Of a DNA stretch of 64,000 nt, positions 19,372 through 27,601 are shown in pieces (positions within the stretch are counted from its first letter, which is position 1; each line of letters opens with the position of its first letter). The notes under the pieces are model-generated. The model was not told the origin of the DNA, did not search any database, and saw only the letters and a program-made list of their open reading frames with translations. The stretch comes from a virus. Its lineage: Duplodnaviria > Heunggongvirae > Uroviricota > Caudoviricetes. The stretch lies in the IMG/VR virus record IMGVR_UViG_3300037790_000024. The stretch is one strand, 5' to 3'. The translations under genes were made by a program, and so were the position numbers.

Positions 19372-19872
19372 ATGGAACTAAAAGAAGCCGTTCAGATTTT
19401 CCGCAAACTCTCAAACGAGTTAAACGCTGATTTCTCAGCCTATCCACTAGAGGAGATCAAAGAAGGGATCAAGAGATTGCAAGACGAATCAAACCCTGAT
19501 GATCTCATGCATTCAGCGGGTATTCTGGCTGTATGTATGAATGCTACAGATGACGACATGCACGATCACACGATAGAGGAGTTGATCGATCTGTTAGAAG
19601 AAGTTGATCAGATAGGGATTGATGATTATCTGGATCTTTCGGCGGGTGAAGTGAGATTGATCCATGAAGACGAGATCGACGAGATTTGGACAGAATCTCT
19701 AATTGATTTGATCAAAGAATGTTACGATCTCGGAGATGTGCCAAGCTTTGTTAGCATTGACTGGGAACAGACAGCCCAAAATTGCAAAGTTGACGGAAAA
19801 GGGCATCATTTCAGCGGTTATGATGGATCGGAGCACTACAGCGCACCATTTTACATTTTCCGCACAAACTAG
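19372..19872 (+). CDS. hypothetical acidic protein
   Basis: 166 aa, RBS aagaggatctaattATG. Confidence 0.5.
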   Translation: MELKEAVQIFRKLSNELNADFSAYPLEEIKEGIKRLQDESNPDDLMHSAGILAVCMNATDDDMHDHTIEELIDLLEEVDQIGIDDYLDLSAGEVRLIHEDEIDEIWTESLIDLIKECYDLGDVPSFVSIDWEQTAQNCKVDGKGHHFSGYDGSEHYSAPFYIFRTN

Positions 19873-19881
19873 GGGGATCAG

Positions 19882-20106
19882 ATGCTAGGAATGTTTAAGA
19901 AACAGAAGCCAGATCAAGATCCTGTAGCCTTAGAGCTTGACGCAAGCCGATCAGCCTTGTTTATGCCTCAGGATCTGACAAGGGAACAATGCGAAGCCCT
20001 ACAAGGCTTGCTAGATGTCGCAAGACGCAACCCAGAACAGCCGATCATTGTCTCCTTCAGTGGGAAAAGCTGGCATATTAGCAAAAACTTAATTTCTTTT
20101 ATTTAA
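19882..20106 (+). CDS. hypothetical protein
   Basis: 74 aa. Confidence 0.45.
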   Translation: MLGMFKKQKPDQDPVALELDASRSALFMPQDLTREQCEALQGLLDVARRNPEQPIIVSFSGKSWHISKNLISFI

Positions 20107-20119
20107 AGAGGATTAAAAA

Positions 20120-20344
20120 ATGAAAAATACAGCGGAATTTCTGGGATATATAAAAGTTCCCTTTGATTTTGAAACTGAAGAAGAGACAGATCACTACGAT
20201 CTTGTGTCTGCGTTAGAATTTCCAAAAGGCTGGGATTTTTCGGAATACTATTGCAGCCCAATTGCAAGTGTGATAATATTTGAGTGTGATCATCTTCCAA
20301 CAGAGGAAGAGATCCAAACAATAGAGAAAACTTTAAGAGGCTAA
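20120..20344 (+). CDS. hypothetical acidic protein
   Basis: 74 aa, RBS aagaggattaaaaaATG. Confidence 0.45.
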   Translation: MKNTAEFLGYIKVPFDFETEEETDHYDLVSALEFPKGWDFSEYYCSPIASVIIFECDHLPTEEEIQTIEKTLRG

Positions 20345-20348
20345 TACC

Positions 20349-20465
20349 ATGAAAAAACACAACTTGACAAAGCAAGAAAAGAAACAAGCCCAACAACAAC
20401 GGAGAGCAAGAAGATCCGCACGTGGCAGACAGTGGACAGATCAAACCTATAAAGTAATATATTAA
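20349..20465 (+). CDS. small basic protein (38 aa)
   Basis: MKKHNLTKQEKKQAQQQRRARRSARGRQW...; manual translation. Confidence 0.3.
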   Translation: MKKHNLTKQEKKQAQQQRRARRSARGRQWTDQTYKVIY

Positions 20466-20538
20466 AAGTTTACTATTACCACTTGATCCGATCAGGTGGT
20501 AATGTTAAACTACAAGAAAATGACAAAGGGATAATATT

Positions 20539-20643
20539 ATGAAAACACTAAAAGCAGTTGTTCTATTTCTTCTCGCAGTGGTGCTGCTACCCCCTGCGAT
20601 CATTTCTCTTTTCTTTTTAATTAGCATATTGCTAGCCCTTTAA
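20539..20643 (+). CDS. small hydrophobic membrane peptide (34 aa)
   Basis: MKTLKAVVLFLLAVVLLPPAIISLFFLISILLAL; manual translation. Confidence 0.3.
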   Translation: MKTLKAVVLFLLAVVLLPPAIISLFFLISILLAL

Positions 20644-20655
20644 GGAGCGTTTAAC

Positions 20656-21006
20656 ATGTATCAAATTATTAGTCTTTATAAAATCGCAGAACTTGACAAC
20701 TGGGAAAACGGGATCACAGAATCAACAGCACATGCCCGAATTGATCTAAAATGGAGGAATTCAGATCTTAAGGGTTTGATCTCTGATGTGTCAGAGTTTG
20801 TCGGGGACAAAGAACCAGCGATCAACCCCTGCGGAGATGAAGCAAGCCGGATCGATTGGCAAGTGTATGAAAACGGGGAAGGATACCCAGCGACAGAGCG
20901 AGAGATGGATCAATTTAAGGAAGGAAAGATCGATCTTTATCTTTGCACATATACGGCACATGTTGAGCAAGTGACAAAGCCGGATCTTGAAAAGCTTTTA
21001 AAATAA
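20656..21006 (+). CDS. hypothetical protein
   Basis: 116 aa, RBS aaggagcgtttaacATG. Confidence 0.5.
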   Translation: MYQIISLYKIAELDNWENGITESTAHARIDLKWRNSDLKGLISDVSEFVGDKEPAINPCGDEASRIDWQVYENGEGYPATEREMDQFKEGKIDLYLCTYTAHVEQVTKPDLEKLLK

Positions 21007-21018
21007 GAGGATTAAAAA

Positions 21019-21114
21019 ATGGATGAATTAGAATTATTTCTTGACAATTACGAAGATCAAGAGATCGATTTATCAGACGATGACACAAGCGATCCAGAGA
21101 TGGATCAGGAATAA
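21019..21114 (+). CDS. small acidic peptide (31 aa)
   Basis: MDELELFLDNYEDQEIDLSDDDTSDPEMDQE; RBS aagaggattaaaaaATG; followed by terminator. Confidence 0.25.
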   Translation: MDELELFLDNYEDQEIDLSDDDTSDPEMDQE

Positions 21115-21127
21115 AAAGAAAGAAGAA

Positions 21128-21155
21128 GCCCGACAAAATGATCGGGTTTTTTCTT
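21128..21155 (+). terminator. rho-independent terminator
   Basis: GCCCGA-caaaatga-TCGGG followed by TTTTTT. Confidence 0.6.
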
Positions 21156-21169
21156 GTTCATTAAATAGT

Positions 21170-21185
21170 TGGCACAGTGTTTGCA
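21170..21185 (+). promoter_or_regulatory. sigma54-like -24/-12 motif (TGGCAC-N5-TTGCA), consensus match
   Basis: ttGGCACagtgtTTGCAtgg; part of repeated intergenic element. Confidence 0.4.
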
Positions 21186-21350
21186 TGGCTAGCAAGCACC
21201 ATGCCAGATCAAATATTATGCCAGAAAATCGGATATGCTTTAGAGCGAATATAGGGCCGTTTTTAGCCGTTTTTAATGTTTTAAGCCATACTTGCCCAAG
21301 GTGGATCGAGATCTCCCAACAGGAGCGAATTTAGCCCTATTTTTGAGAGT

Positions 21351-21366
21351 TGGCACGATGTTTGTA
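21351..21366 (+). promoter_or_regulatory. sigma54-like motif (TGGCAC-N5-TTGTA) within a repeated intergenic element of about 150 bp
   Basis: Element 21240-21420 is a near-repeat of 23100-23265. Confidence 0.35.
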
Positions 21367-21497
21367 TAAGCAAAACTCATGCCAACATAAAATAGAAAAA
21401 ATATAAAAATAAATGTTAAAAAGTGTTGATCAAGTTCTTTATATATGAGACCATGATCCCGTAGTTTTAAATTAAACATTATTAAAGGATCGAGAAT

Positions 21498-21662
21498 ATG
21501 AAAACTTTACTTGTTTGTGCTGTTGTCTGGTTTGGCTGTCTGTCTGCCCTTCCTGATGATCAATCAGCTATTGAGTTTAAAAGCTCAACCCCGTATGATC
21601 GTTGCATGGCACAATTTGAAGGATCAGAACACATTGATCAGTGTGCAGAGTTGAAAATTTAA
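21498..21662 (+). CDS. small secreted protein (54 aa, signal peptide)
   Basis: MKTLLVCAVVWFGCLSALPDD...; RBS aaaggatcgagaatATG. Confidence 0.3.
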   Translation: MKTLLVCAVVWFGCLSALPDDQSAIEFKSSTPYDRCMAQFEGSEHIDQCAELKI

Positions 21663-21688
21663 ACTATATAAAAGAAGAGGATCAGACA

Positions 21689-21988
21689 ATGAGATATATT
21701 AAAGCTTTTGATTTATGGAACCCTGCGATCTCTGGATTGATCGAGCAAGGCAAGATACAGGTGCAGTCAGGGCAGATCGCATATCGTCAAAACAGATCAG
21801 ATGTTTCTATAATAGACGAGATCAAAAAAGGCTATGTTAGAGCATTCCACGGATCGACAGTGAAGGAAGCGAGATCAAAATACTTGGAATACAAAGCCGC
21901 AGAAAAGCGAGCAGCTCGCAGACTAGAGATCAGGAGACAGATCAAAGCTCTAGAGGCAGAGCACGATCAATTAATAAAAGAAATGTAA
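21689..21988 (+). CDS. hypothetical protein
   Basis: Start at MRYIKAFDL with RBS aagaagaggatcagacaATG (track ORF starts 21641 with GTG). Confidence 0.45.
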   Translation: MRYIKAFDLWNPAISGLIEQGKIQVQSGQIAYRQNRSDVSIIDEIKKGYVRAFHGSTVKEARSKYLEYKAAEKRAARRLEIRRQIKALEAEHDQLIKEM

Positions 21989-22091
21989 AAAAGATTGATC
22001 AAAGTGTTTACTTTTAAAAATAGATGATTTAGAATTGTTTGCAAGTGGCGGGGAATTGGTTCCCGCCCTTAACTCAAAAAAGGTGATTAAA

Positions 22092-23021
22092 ATGTCGAAT
22101 ATTGTTACTTTCCCATCTCGCGCCGTTGTTGCTCCTGTTGCTGAAATTGCAACCCCATCAACTGAGATCATCACAACCCCAACAGAGCAAGATCGAGCTG
22201 TCTTCTCTGATTATGCCCACCACGATCAGAAAATGTTTGATATTGAGAGTTTGCCTCTTTCCAGTGAGTATGGAGTTATCCCAGATAAAAAAGGCTTGTT
22301 TGTGAATGGCAAAAATATCAACATTGTCTCCCATCATTATGAGATCGTGCAGCCTAAAAAAGTATATGAAACATTTGTAAATGTTGCTGAGTCTTCAGGG
22401 CTTACAATTAACAAGGTGCTGACAAACCCCGCTAACGGTGGCCTGATGATCTCTGCCCTGTTTGACCAAGTGAAGATCACCGGAGAGGATCACAACGTCA
22501 ATTTAGTGTTCTACACTTCGCACTGTGGCAAATATAAAACCTTCCTTACTCTGGATATGCTGCGCATGGCTTGTTTTAATCAGGTGCCTTGTCTCTATCA
22601 GAATAAAGATCGCTTTATCTTTGCAGAAAAGCACTACAAAAATGCGCTTAATATTGACTTGCTGCAAAAGTATCTGGAAAACATTCCTGCCAGTGTTCAG
22701 GCATACAACACTAAAGCGGAAATGCTCAAAGATATTAAATTGAGCAAAGCGGATTTTGTCGAATGGTACAAGGAACAGATCAAACTGTCAGAGGCTAGCA
22801 AGCAATACGACAGCAAGATCGCAAACATTGCCAACACGTACACCTTCGCAGACGGTCAAGAGATTGCCGGAGACGGTACAGCATGGAAAGCATTTAACGC
22901 TATTACATACATGAACACGCACCAAGGAAGAAATACACAATTTAAGGAAGAAAACAAACTTATTAAAGGAGGAAATAACTCTATTGAGATGATGGATCAG
23001 CTTTTGGCTATGGCTGGCTAA
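22092..23021 (+). CDS. hypothetical protein, about 310 aa (possibly DUF932-like plasmid/phage protein; unverified)
   Basis: Start MSNIVTFPS with RBS aaaaaggtgattaaaATG; largest gene of the island; followed by terminator. Confidence 0.55.
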   Translation: MSNIVTFPSRAVVAPVAEIATPSTEIITTPTEQDRAVFSDYAHHDQKMFDIESLPLSSEYGVIPDKKGLFVNGKNINIVSHHYEIVQPKKVYETFVNVAESSGLTINKVLTNPANGGLMISALFDQVKITGEDHNVNLVFYTSHCGKYKTFLTLDMLRMACFNQVPCLYQNKDRFIFAEKHYKNALNIDLLQKYLENIPASVQAYNTKAEMLKDIKLSKADFVEWYKEQIKLSEASKQYDSKIANIANTYTFADGQEIAGDGTAWKAFNAITYMNTHQGRNTQFKEENKLIKGGNNSIEMMDQLLAMAG

Positions 23022-23042
23022 TTCATCCCAGCATCACCAAGG

Positions 23043-23070
23043 AAGCCCGCACAAAAGCGGGCTTTTTTGT
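23043..23070 (+). terminator. rho-independent terminator
   Basis: AAGCCCGC-acaaaa-GCGGGCTT then TTTTTTG. Confidence 0.65.
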
Positions 23071-23202
23071 GTCTGTTGATCCGGTATACTCTAAAACCGA
23101 TTTTAAAGCCCTTTTTAGCGCTTTTTATAATATTACGCTATAACTGCCCTAGCATGATCGAGATCTCCCAGTGTGTGCGAATTCGGGCTTTTCTAGGCCA
23201 CT

Positions 23203-23218
23203 TGGCACGATAATTGAT
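23203..23218 (+). promoter_or_regulatory. sigma54-like motif (TGGCAC-N5-TTGAT), copy in repeated intergenic element
   Basis: cttGGCACgataaTTGATcaagcaagatctatgccaacaaaaaaa. Confidence 0.3.
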
Positions 23219-23268
23219 CAAGCAAGATCTATGCCAACAAAAAAATTTAAAAATATATGTTTTAACTG

Positions 23269-23296
23269 TTGATCTGATCTGTGATTGTGTTAAGAT
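23269..23296 (+). promoter_or_regulatory. sigma70-like promoter (TTGATC-16-TAAGAT)
   Basis: Upstream of small gene at 23333. Confidence 0.35.
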
Positions 23297-23332
23297 GTCC
23301 TTAAGTTAATCAGAAACGAAGAGGATCAAAAG

Positions 23333-23440
23333 ATGGATAAATTACTAGACGGTTTAGAGTTGGTACTGGAGCTGGCTGCTTTTTGTACTTTGTTAGTATT
23401 GCCTGCCACTATCGCAGCTTTACATTATGGCATTATCTAA
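23333..23440 (+). CDS. small hydrophobic peptide (35 aa)
   Basis: MDKLLDGLELVLELAAFCTLLVLPATIAALHYGII; RBS gaagaggatcaaaagATG. Confidence 0.25.
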   Translation: MDKLLDGLELVLELAAFCTLLVLPATIAALHYGII

Positions 23441-23453
23441 GAGGATCACAAAA

Positions 23454-23615
23454 ATGACTAAATCACAAAAAATCTCAAAAGCTGTTCAATCTCTCATTGT
23501 CTGGGAGCGTATCCACGCCGAAGACATTGTAACAGGAAAAGAGGATCGGAAAGTGAGCAGAGAAGCGATCAAACAATATCGGGAAGAGCTTAAAGAGTTG
23601 GGTATTAACTTATAA
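23454..23615 (+). CDS. hypothetical protein (53 aa)
   Basis: Start MTKSQKISK with RBS aagaggatcacaaaaATG. Confidence 0.45.
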   Translation: MTKSQKISKAVQSLIVWERIHAEDIVTGKEDRKVSREAIKQYREELKELGINL

Positions 23616-23640
23616 CTTTAATAAACCCATCCCCCAAAAG

Positions 23641-23668
23641 AGGCCGCCACTAGAGCGGCCTTTTTATT
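23641..23668 (+). terminator. rho-independent terminator
   Basis: AGGCCGC-cactaga-GCGGCCT then TTTTATT. Confidence 0.65.
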
Positions 23669-23929
23669 GCCTGTTATTATTCCAGATAATTTAAAAAATC
23701 TATCCTGATCTTTTCCCTGTATATTGTCCCCCTAATATGAGCTAAGCCGCTCTGTGTGCCCTTCTAACGGGCTTTTATTCTCCAGCCTTTGCCCTGTATC
23801 ACTGAAGGAAAGAAAACAAGTAAAAACACGGTATATAAGCTTGTATGGCAAAGGCTAATTATTATATATCCCAATATAGCGAGGCCATATAGATAAGCTA
23901 TGCTTATATAGATGTGCTAAGCACACTTA

Positions 23930-24120
23930 TAAACAAATGTCAACTAATTAAGAAAAATTAATATAAAAATAGATATATATAATAAAAACTAATATTAAAT
24001 TTTAATATTAATAAACTAATATAATTAATATTAATAAATAATATTAACAAACAATGTTCCACGTGGAACACGTGAAAGAGATTAATATTAATTTGTCCCC
24101 CCTATGTTGAACAACATAAT
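23930..24120. repeat. AT-rich region with TAATATTAAT-type repeats and two perfect palindromes (GTTCCACGTGGAAC at about 24056-24069; TATGTTGAACAACATA at about 24103-24118)
   Basis: Non-coding 850-bp gap between terminator 23668 and promoter 24470; candidate origin/operator. Confidence 0.5.
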
Positions 24121-24469
24121 GGAGCACAAATATTTTAAAATTATAATAGTTGGGGGAAATTAGGTGGGGGACTGTGCTTAATACCAATTTCTCGATTCCT
24201 CGAAATAGCCATTTAGCCCGTCCTAATATTTTAATTTTAAACAACAACAGAGCTATTAAGGGATCACTCTAGGTGGATAATATTATTGTCCCCTCGCTTG
24301 GAATGTTTCTCTCATGTATTCGAGTGAAATCCAAGGAGACACAGGAGGGATATTTTAAAATATACAATGTAACTGAATTGAAGATATTTGCCCTTACGGG
24401 AATATTTTGCTATAGTGGATGTAGAATTAGGGGAGATATTCCCGTACAGGAAGATGGAGATGTAGAGGC

Positions 24470-24497
24470 TTGACTTATATTTTGAAATATGTATAAT
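24470..24497 (+). promoter_or_regulatory. sigma70-like promoter (TTGACT-16-TATAAT)
   Basis: Near-consensus hexamers upstream of the 24517 gene. Confidence 0.55.
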
Positions 24498-24531
24498 GGG
24501 ATGAAATTGTTATATTTTGATAGGAGGATGT

Positions 24532-24702
24532 ATGTCAAAACCTTATTTACCCCCTTGGGCAGAAGCTGGTTGTAAAGTAGTTGAGGAATGGGAAGAGCAC
24601 CTAATCACTGCTGGGAAACCTTACACTAGAAAGATGATTAAATACTTGAATAAGAAAGGTAAGGAACAGGTCATGGCTAAACAGATTATCTGGGAGGAGT
24701 GA
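24532..24702 (+). CDS. hypothetical protein
   Basis: Start MSKPYLPPW after RBS taggagg (track ORF starts 24517 with TTG). Confidence 0.4.
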   Translation: MSKPYLPPWAEAGCKVVEEWEEHLITAGKPYTRKMIKYLNKKGKEQVMAKQIIWEE

Positions 24703-25103
24703 GTGTGGACTTAGTGCTAGCTTATACTAATATTGGATCAGACTATAACAATCTCCCTGTATGTGGGATCTTTGCTATTACAGTAGTTTCTGGTAAAGAG
24801 TTTAGAGAGGTGTTTGAACACCATAAAACTTTCTTTCATAAAGGAAGCAGGTGGAAGGGAAGAACTAGGTGGGAACATCTTCTAGGGCATCTGCATGACT
24901 ACGATATTGAGTATGAAGAGATGGAATTAACTAAGAGGGTGGCTCTAAAGAAGTTTGAAGAAAAGCTTGGCCCAGACACAGTGTATCTGTTAAGGTTAGG
25001 TAATCACTTCGTTGTCTATTACAACGGGGAATATATAGATCAGCATGGTGTACACACAGCTTGTTTCTCTAATAAGCAAGTGACACACGCAGCTAAATTA
25101 TAG
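24699..25103 (+). CDS. hypothetical protein
   Basis: 134 aa, GTG start, RBS gggaggag. Confidence 0.5.
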   Translation: MSVDLVLAYTNIGSDYNNLPVCGIFAITVVSGKEFREVFEHHKTFFHKGSRWKGRTRWEHLLGHLHDYDIEYEEMELTKRVALKKFEEKLGPDTVYLLRLGNHFVVYYNGEYIDQHGVHTACFSNKQVTHAAKL

Positions 25104-25113
25104 GAGGTGGAGT

Positions 25114-25290
25114 ATGGCTTATAAGGTGACATTCCCAGATAAGGGATATAATACATCCTCAACACAAAAGTTTTATAGTGTAGGGGATGTTGAGATCACT
25201 CCCAGTGGTGATTTGATTATATACAATAAGGATATGAAGATATTTGCTGCTTTTGCTAAAGGATGCTGGGAGAGAGTAGATGAATACTAG
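25114..25290 (+). CDS. hypothetical protein (58 aa)
   Basis: MAYKVTFPDKGYNTSS...; RBS taggaggtggagtATG; manual translation. Confidence 0.4.
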   Translation: MAYKVTFPDKGYNTSSTQKFYSVGDVEITPSGDLIIYNKDMKIFAAFAKGCWERVDEY

Positions 25291-25480
25291 GAGAGAGGAT
25301 TTTAAACATAACGGAGTAGTATATTCTGTAGACACTTCTGTGGATGTTTCTGGGGTTATCTCTCAAGAGATCAAGCTTGGGCATGAGGTGCTGTGGCATG
25401 GCATTATAAAAACCCAAGATGAACATGTTAAGAGATGTCTTATTGAGCTAGGATGGACTCCTCCTAAGGAGGTGGTATGA
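25280..25480 (+). CDS. hypothetical protein
   Basis: 66 aa. Confidence 0.45.
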   Translation: MNTRREDFKHNGVVYSVDTSVDVSGVISQEIKLGHEVLWHGIIKTQDEHVKRCLIELGWTPPKEVV

Positions 25481-25848
25481 TTACCGAAGAACAACTTAAT
25501 AGCTTAAAAGAGAGTGGGGATATTTTAGATCCTATCCCTCTGGCAGAATTAGTTGACCCCGACCTTGTTTGGGTGTATCATAGAGATATCGGAGTGATTC
25601 CTGTTCTTTTTGGTAGCCACGAGTTTGTTATGGGAGAGCTGGAGGCTATGTTACAAGGATACAAAGGCGGTTTTGACTACCCCCATCTTGGATGGATGGA
25701 GTTGGCAGAATTGTTTCTCCAAAGAGAGGGTACAGCTTACGCCTCTAGTGTTGGGGAGTGTGTCTGGGTAGGAGCCTCTGGAAATATTAACGCTATTGAG
25801 CGTAGAATTTTCAGTAAGGTGTATATAGATATTCGAGTTATGTTTTAG
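25477..25848 (+). CDS. hypothetical protein
   Basis: 123 aa. Confidence 0.5.
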   Translation: MITEEQLNSLKESGDILDPIPLAELVDPDLVWVYHRDIGVIPVLFGSHEFVMGELEAMLQGYKGGFDYPHLGWMELAELFLQREGTAYASSVGECVWVGASGNINAIERRIFSKVYIDIRVMF

Positions 25849-25857
25849 GAGGAGTTT

Positions 25858-26052
25858 ATGAAAAAGATTTGGTTGATTTTAATGGCACTTATTATTGTGG
25901 GTTGTACTCCCACTGAAGGAAACTACATCACAGATGCCTACCTTAAATGTCAGGATCATGGTGGTGTTGTTCATATAGGAGGATTAAGGAGCAACGCTTG
26001 GGTGAGATGTGTAGATGGAAGCTTATTTCAACCTATCGGAAAAGGAGAATAG
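25858..26052 (+). CDS. putative lipoprotein
   Basis: MKKIWLILMALIIVGC lipobox-like. Confidence 0.5.
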   Translation: MKKIWLILMALIIVGCTPTEGNYITDAYLKCQDHGGVVHIGGLRSNAWVRCVDGSLFQPIGKGE

Positions 26053-26053
26053 T

Positions 26054-26440
26054 ATGAAACTAACTAAGAGACAAATTATTGACGAAACTGTAGAGTATTA
26101 TAAACATAACCACAGAGCATCTACTTGGTGGGGCTGTCAATACTTAACGGAGGATGGAAGCATGTGTGCTGTTGGTAGATGTTTGGAAGATCCTGAAGCT
26201 CTAGAAGAAGCTATCCTCCAACAAGAAGGAGCACAATCGGAGCTTAACCTTAAAGGTATAATGGACTTTGAAAACCTAGCCAAACACATTGTGTTCAAAC
26301 CTGAGTATGAAGGTCATTGTGTAGAGTTTTGGGCAGACTTGCAGAAACTACACGATCTCTCTTCTCACTGGAATGACGATAAAACTCTTTCTGAGAAAGG
26401 GCAGGAATTTAAACAAATACTTTATGGTAGATGGGGGTAG
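26054..26440 (+). CDS. hypothetical protein
   Basis: Start MKLTKRQ with RBS aaaaggagaatagtATG. Confidence 0.5.
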   Translation: MKLTKRQIIDETVEYYKHNHRASTWWGCQYLTEDGSMCAVGRCLEDPEALEEAILQQEGAQSELNLKGIMDFENLAKHIVFKPEYEGHCVEFWADLQKLHDLSSHWNDDKTLSEKGQEFKQILYGRWG

Positions 26441-26769
26441 GGATGTATTGGATGTTTGCTGATGGTTTAAACGGAGACTCCTTCTCAAACTACGAGGAAA
26501 GCTACGAAGGTAGTTCCTGTAGTGGGAGAGAGCCTAACTCCTCCTATTATAGGGGAGACCCTCTATACTTTCATTGTGTTCTTCCTGAGTGGGCAACACT
26601 AGAGGATTACTCTGAGAAGAGTTATAAAGTGATCATAGATAATAACCACTGTAGAGGATCTTTCTTTTTTGCTAAAAGTTTGGTGAGGGAGATGTTTGGA
26701 GCTAAAATGGTGCATAAGAAGATATTCTATAAAAATTTAAGGAGCTTATATGATCAACAAAACGTATGA
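26431..26769 (+). CDS. hypothetical protein
   Basis: 112 aa. Confidence 0.45.
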   Translation: MGVGMYWMFADGLNGDSFSNYEESYEGSSCSGREPNSSYYRGDPLYFHCVLPEWATLEDYSEKSYKVIIDNNHCRGSFFFAKSLVREMFGAKMVHKKIFYKNLRSLYDQQNV

Positions 26770-26962
26770 AAACTCTTATTCAGATGATGTCGATGTAGAG
26801 GCTGGTGTTTACGAAGATGGGAGTTTATACTTGACTTTGAAAAACACTTCTGGTAGTATCACTGTGGAACTAGACAAAGAAGCTGCTTCTGAGTTTTTAG
26901 AGGACATGGCTTTTCTAGGGTTTGTTTCTGCACTTGAACAGGAGGCTGAAAATGAAGGTTGA
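26750..26962 (+). CDS. hypothetical acidic protein
   Basis: 70 aa. Confidence 0.45.
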   Translation: MINKTYENSYSDDVDVEAGVYEDGSLYLTLKNTSGSITVELDKEAASEFLEDMAFLGFVSALEQEAENEG

Positions 26963-27182
26963 GCTAGAGTATTGTTTTGACAACGTGGGGGATATTGCTA
27001 TTCGGCAGAATGGCCTTGTTTTTGGGTTTAAGGATAAAAGCTGGGAAGAGTTTGCTTGGGATAGCGATCCCAGAATATTTTCTAGAGCCAAAGATTACTT
27101 TTGTGCGTACTCAGAAATAAACTTAAGAGAATTAGGTATTGATGATAACACTATTTGGAGAATAGGTGTTTTAGAAGAATGA
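26952..27182 (+). CDS. hypothetical protein
   Basis: Start at internal MKVELEY. Confidence 0.45.
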   Translation: MKVELEYCFDNVGDIAIRQNGLVFGFKDKSWEEFAWDSDPRIFSRAKDYFCAYSEINLRELGIDDNTIWRIGVLEE

Positions 27183-27382
27183 AAGTTGAAGTAACTTTAG
27201 ACTACTATGATGGTAGTAAAGGTAGAGCCAAACAGGTGTACATTGATGAGATTGATTCTTTCACTCTGAAGATGTCCATGATGCAGAGTGGTGTTTGTGG
27301 TGTAACTATCACTAAGGCAAACACCTCTTTGGAAAAAATTGTTAATAAGACAAGAGGAGAATGTTATGAATATTATGAATAG
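27179..27382 (+). CDS. hypothetical protein
   Basis: Start at internal MKVEVTL. Confidence 0.45.
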   Translation: MKVEVTLDYYDGSKGRAKQVYIDEIDSFTLKMSMMQSGVCGVTITKANTSLEKIVNKTRGECYEYYE

Positions 27383-27599
27383 AGTAGTAGGGCTTTTGTT
27401 TATGTTTATTGTAGTGGTGTTAGCCCTCCCTATGGCTTTCGCCATGCTGTTGCTTCGTATTATAGGTAAGCCTGAACTTTCTGGTTGGCAATCTTTCAGA
27501 GAGTTTTTCACTGACACTAAGGAGGCTATTATAGAGCCTTTTATTGAAGGTGTAATTAAAGGTAAAGACTTTTATGATTACAACTACTACAAGGACTAA
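27366..27599 (+). CDS. membrane protein (1 TM)
   Basis: MNIMNRVVGLLFMFIVVVLALPMAFAMLLL. Confidence 0.45.
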   Translation: MNIMNRVVGLLFMFIVVVLALPMAFAMLLLRIIGKPELSGWQSFREFFTDTKEAIIEPFIEGVIKGKDFYDYNYYKD

Positions 27600-27601
27600 C
27601 T

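Noticed and set aside
20103-20444. Minus-strand 113-aa ORF
   Set aside because: Antisense to a run of well-formed plus-strand small genes with RBSs; Leu/Ser-rich low-complexity translation.
21425-21455. Sigma70-like promoter TTGATC...?
   Set aside because: Good -35 but no acceptable -10 at 16-18 bp spacing; left uncalled.
18571-23218. Calling the TGGCAC-N5-TTGCA motifs bona fide RpoN promoters
   Set aside because: Only one of four copies is a perfect consensus, no nearby enhancer-binding-protein gene, and the conserved extension lies downstream of the would-be start; reported as sigma54-like motif of uncertain function rather than as a promoter.
24044-24247. Minus-strand 67-aa ORF in the AT-rich palindromic gap
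   Set aside because: Lies in non-coding AT-rich repeat DNA, has a TTG start and no RBS; more likely an origin or operator region.
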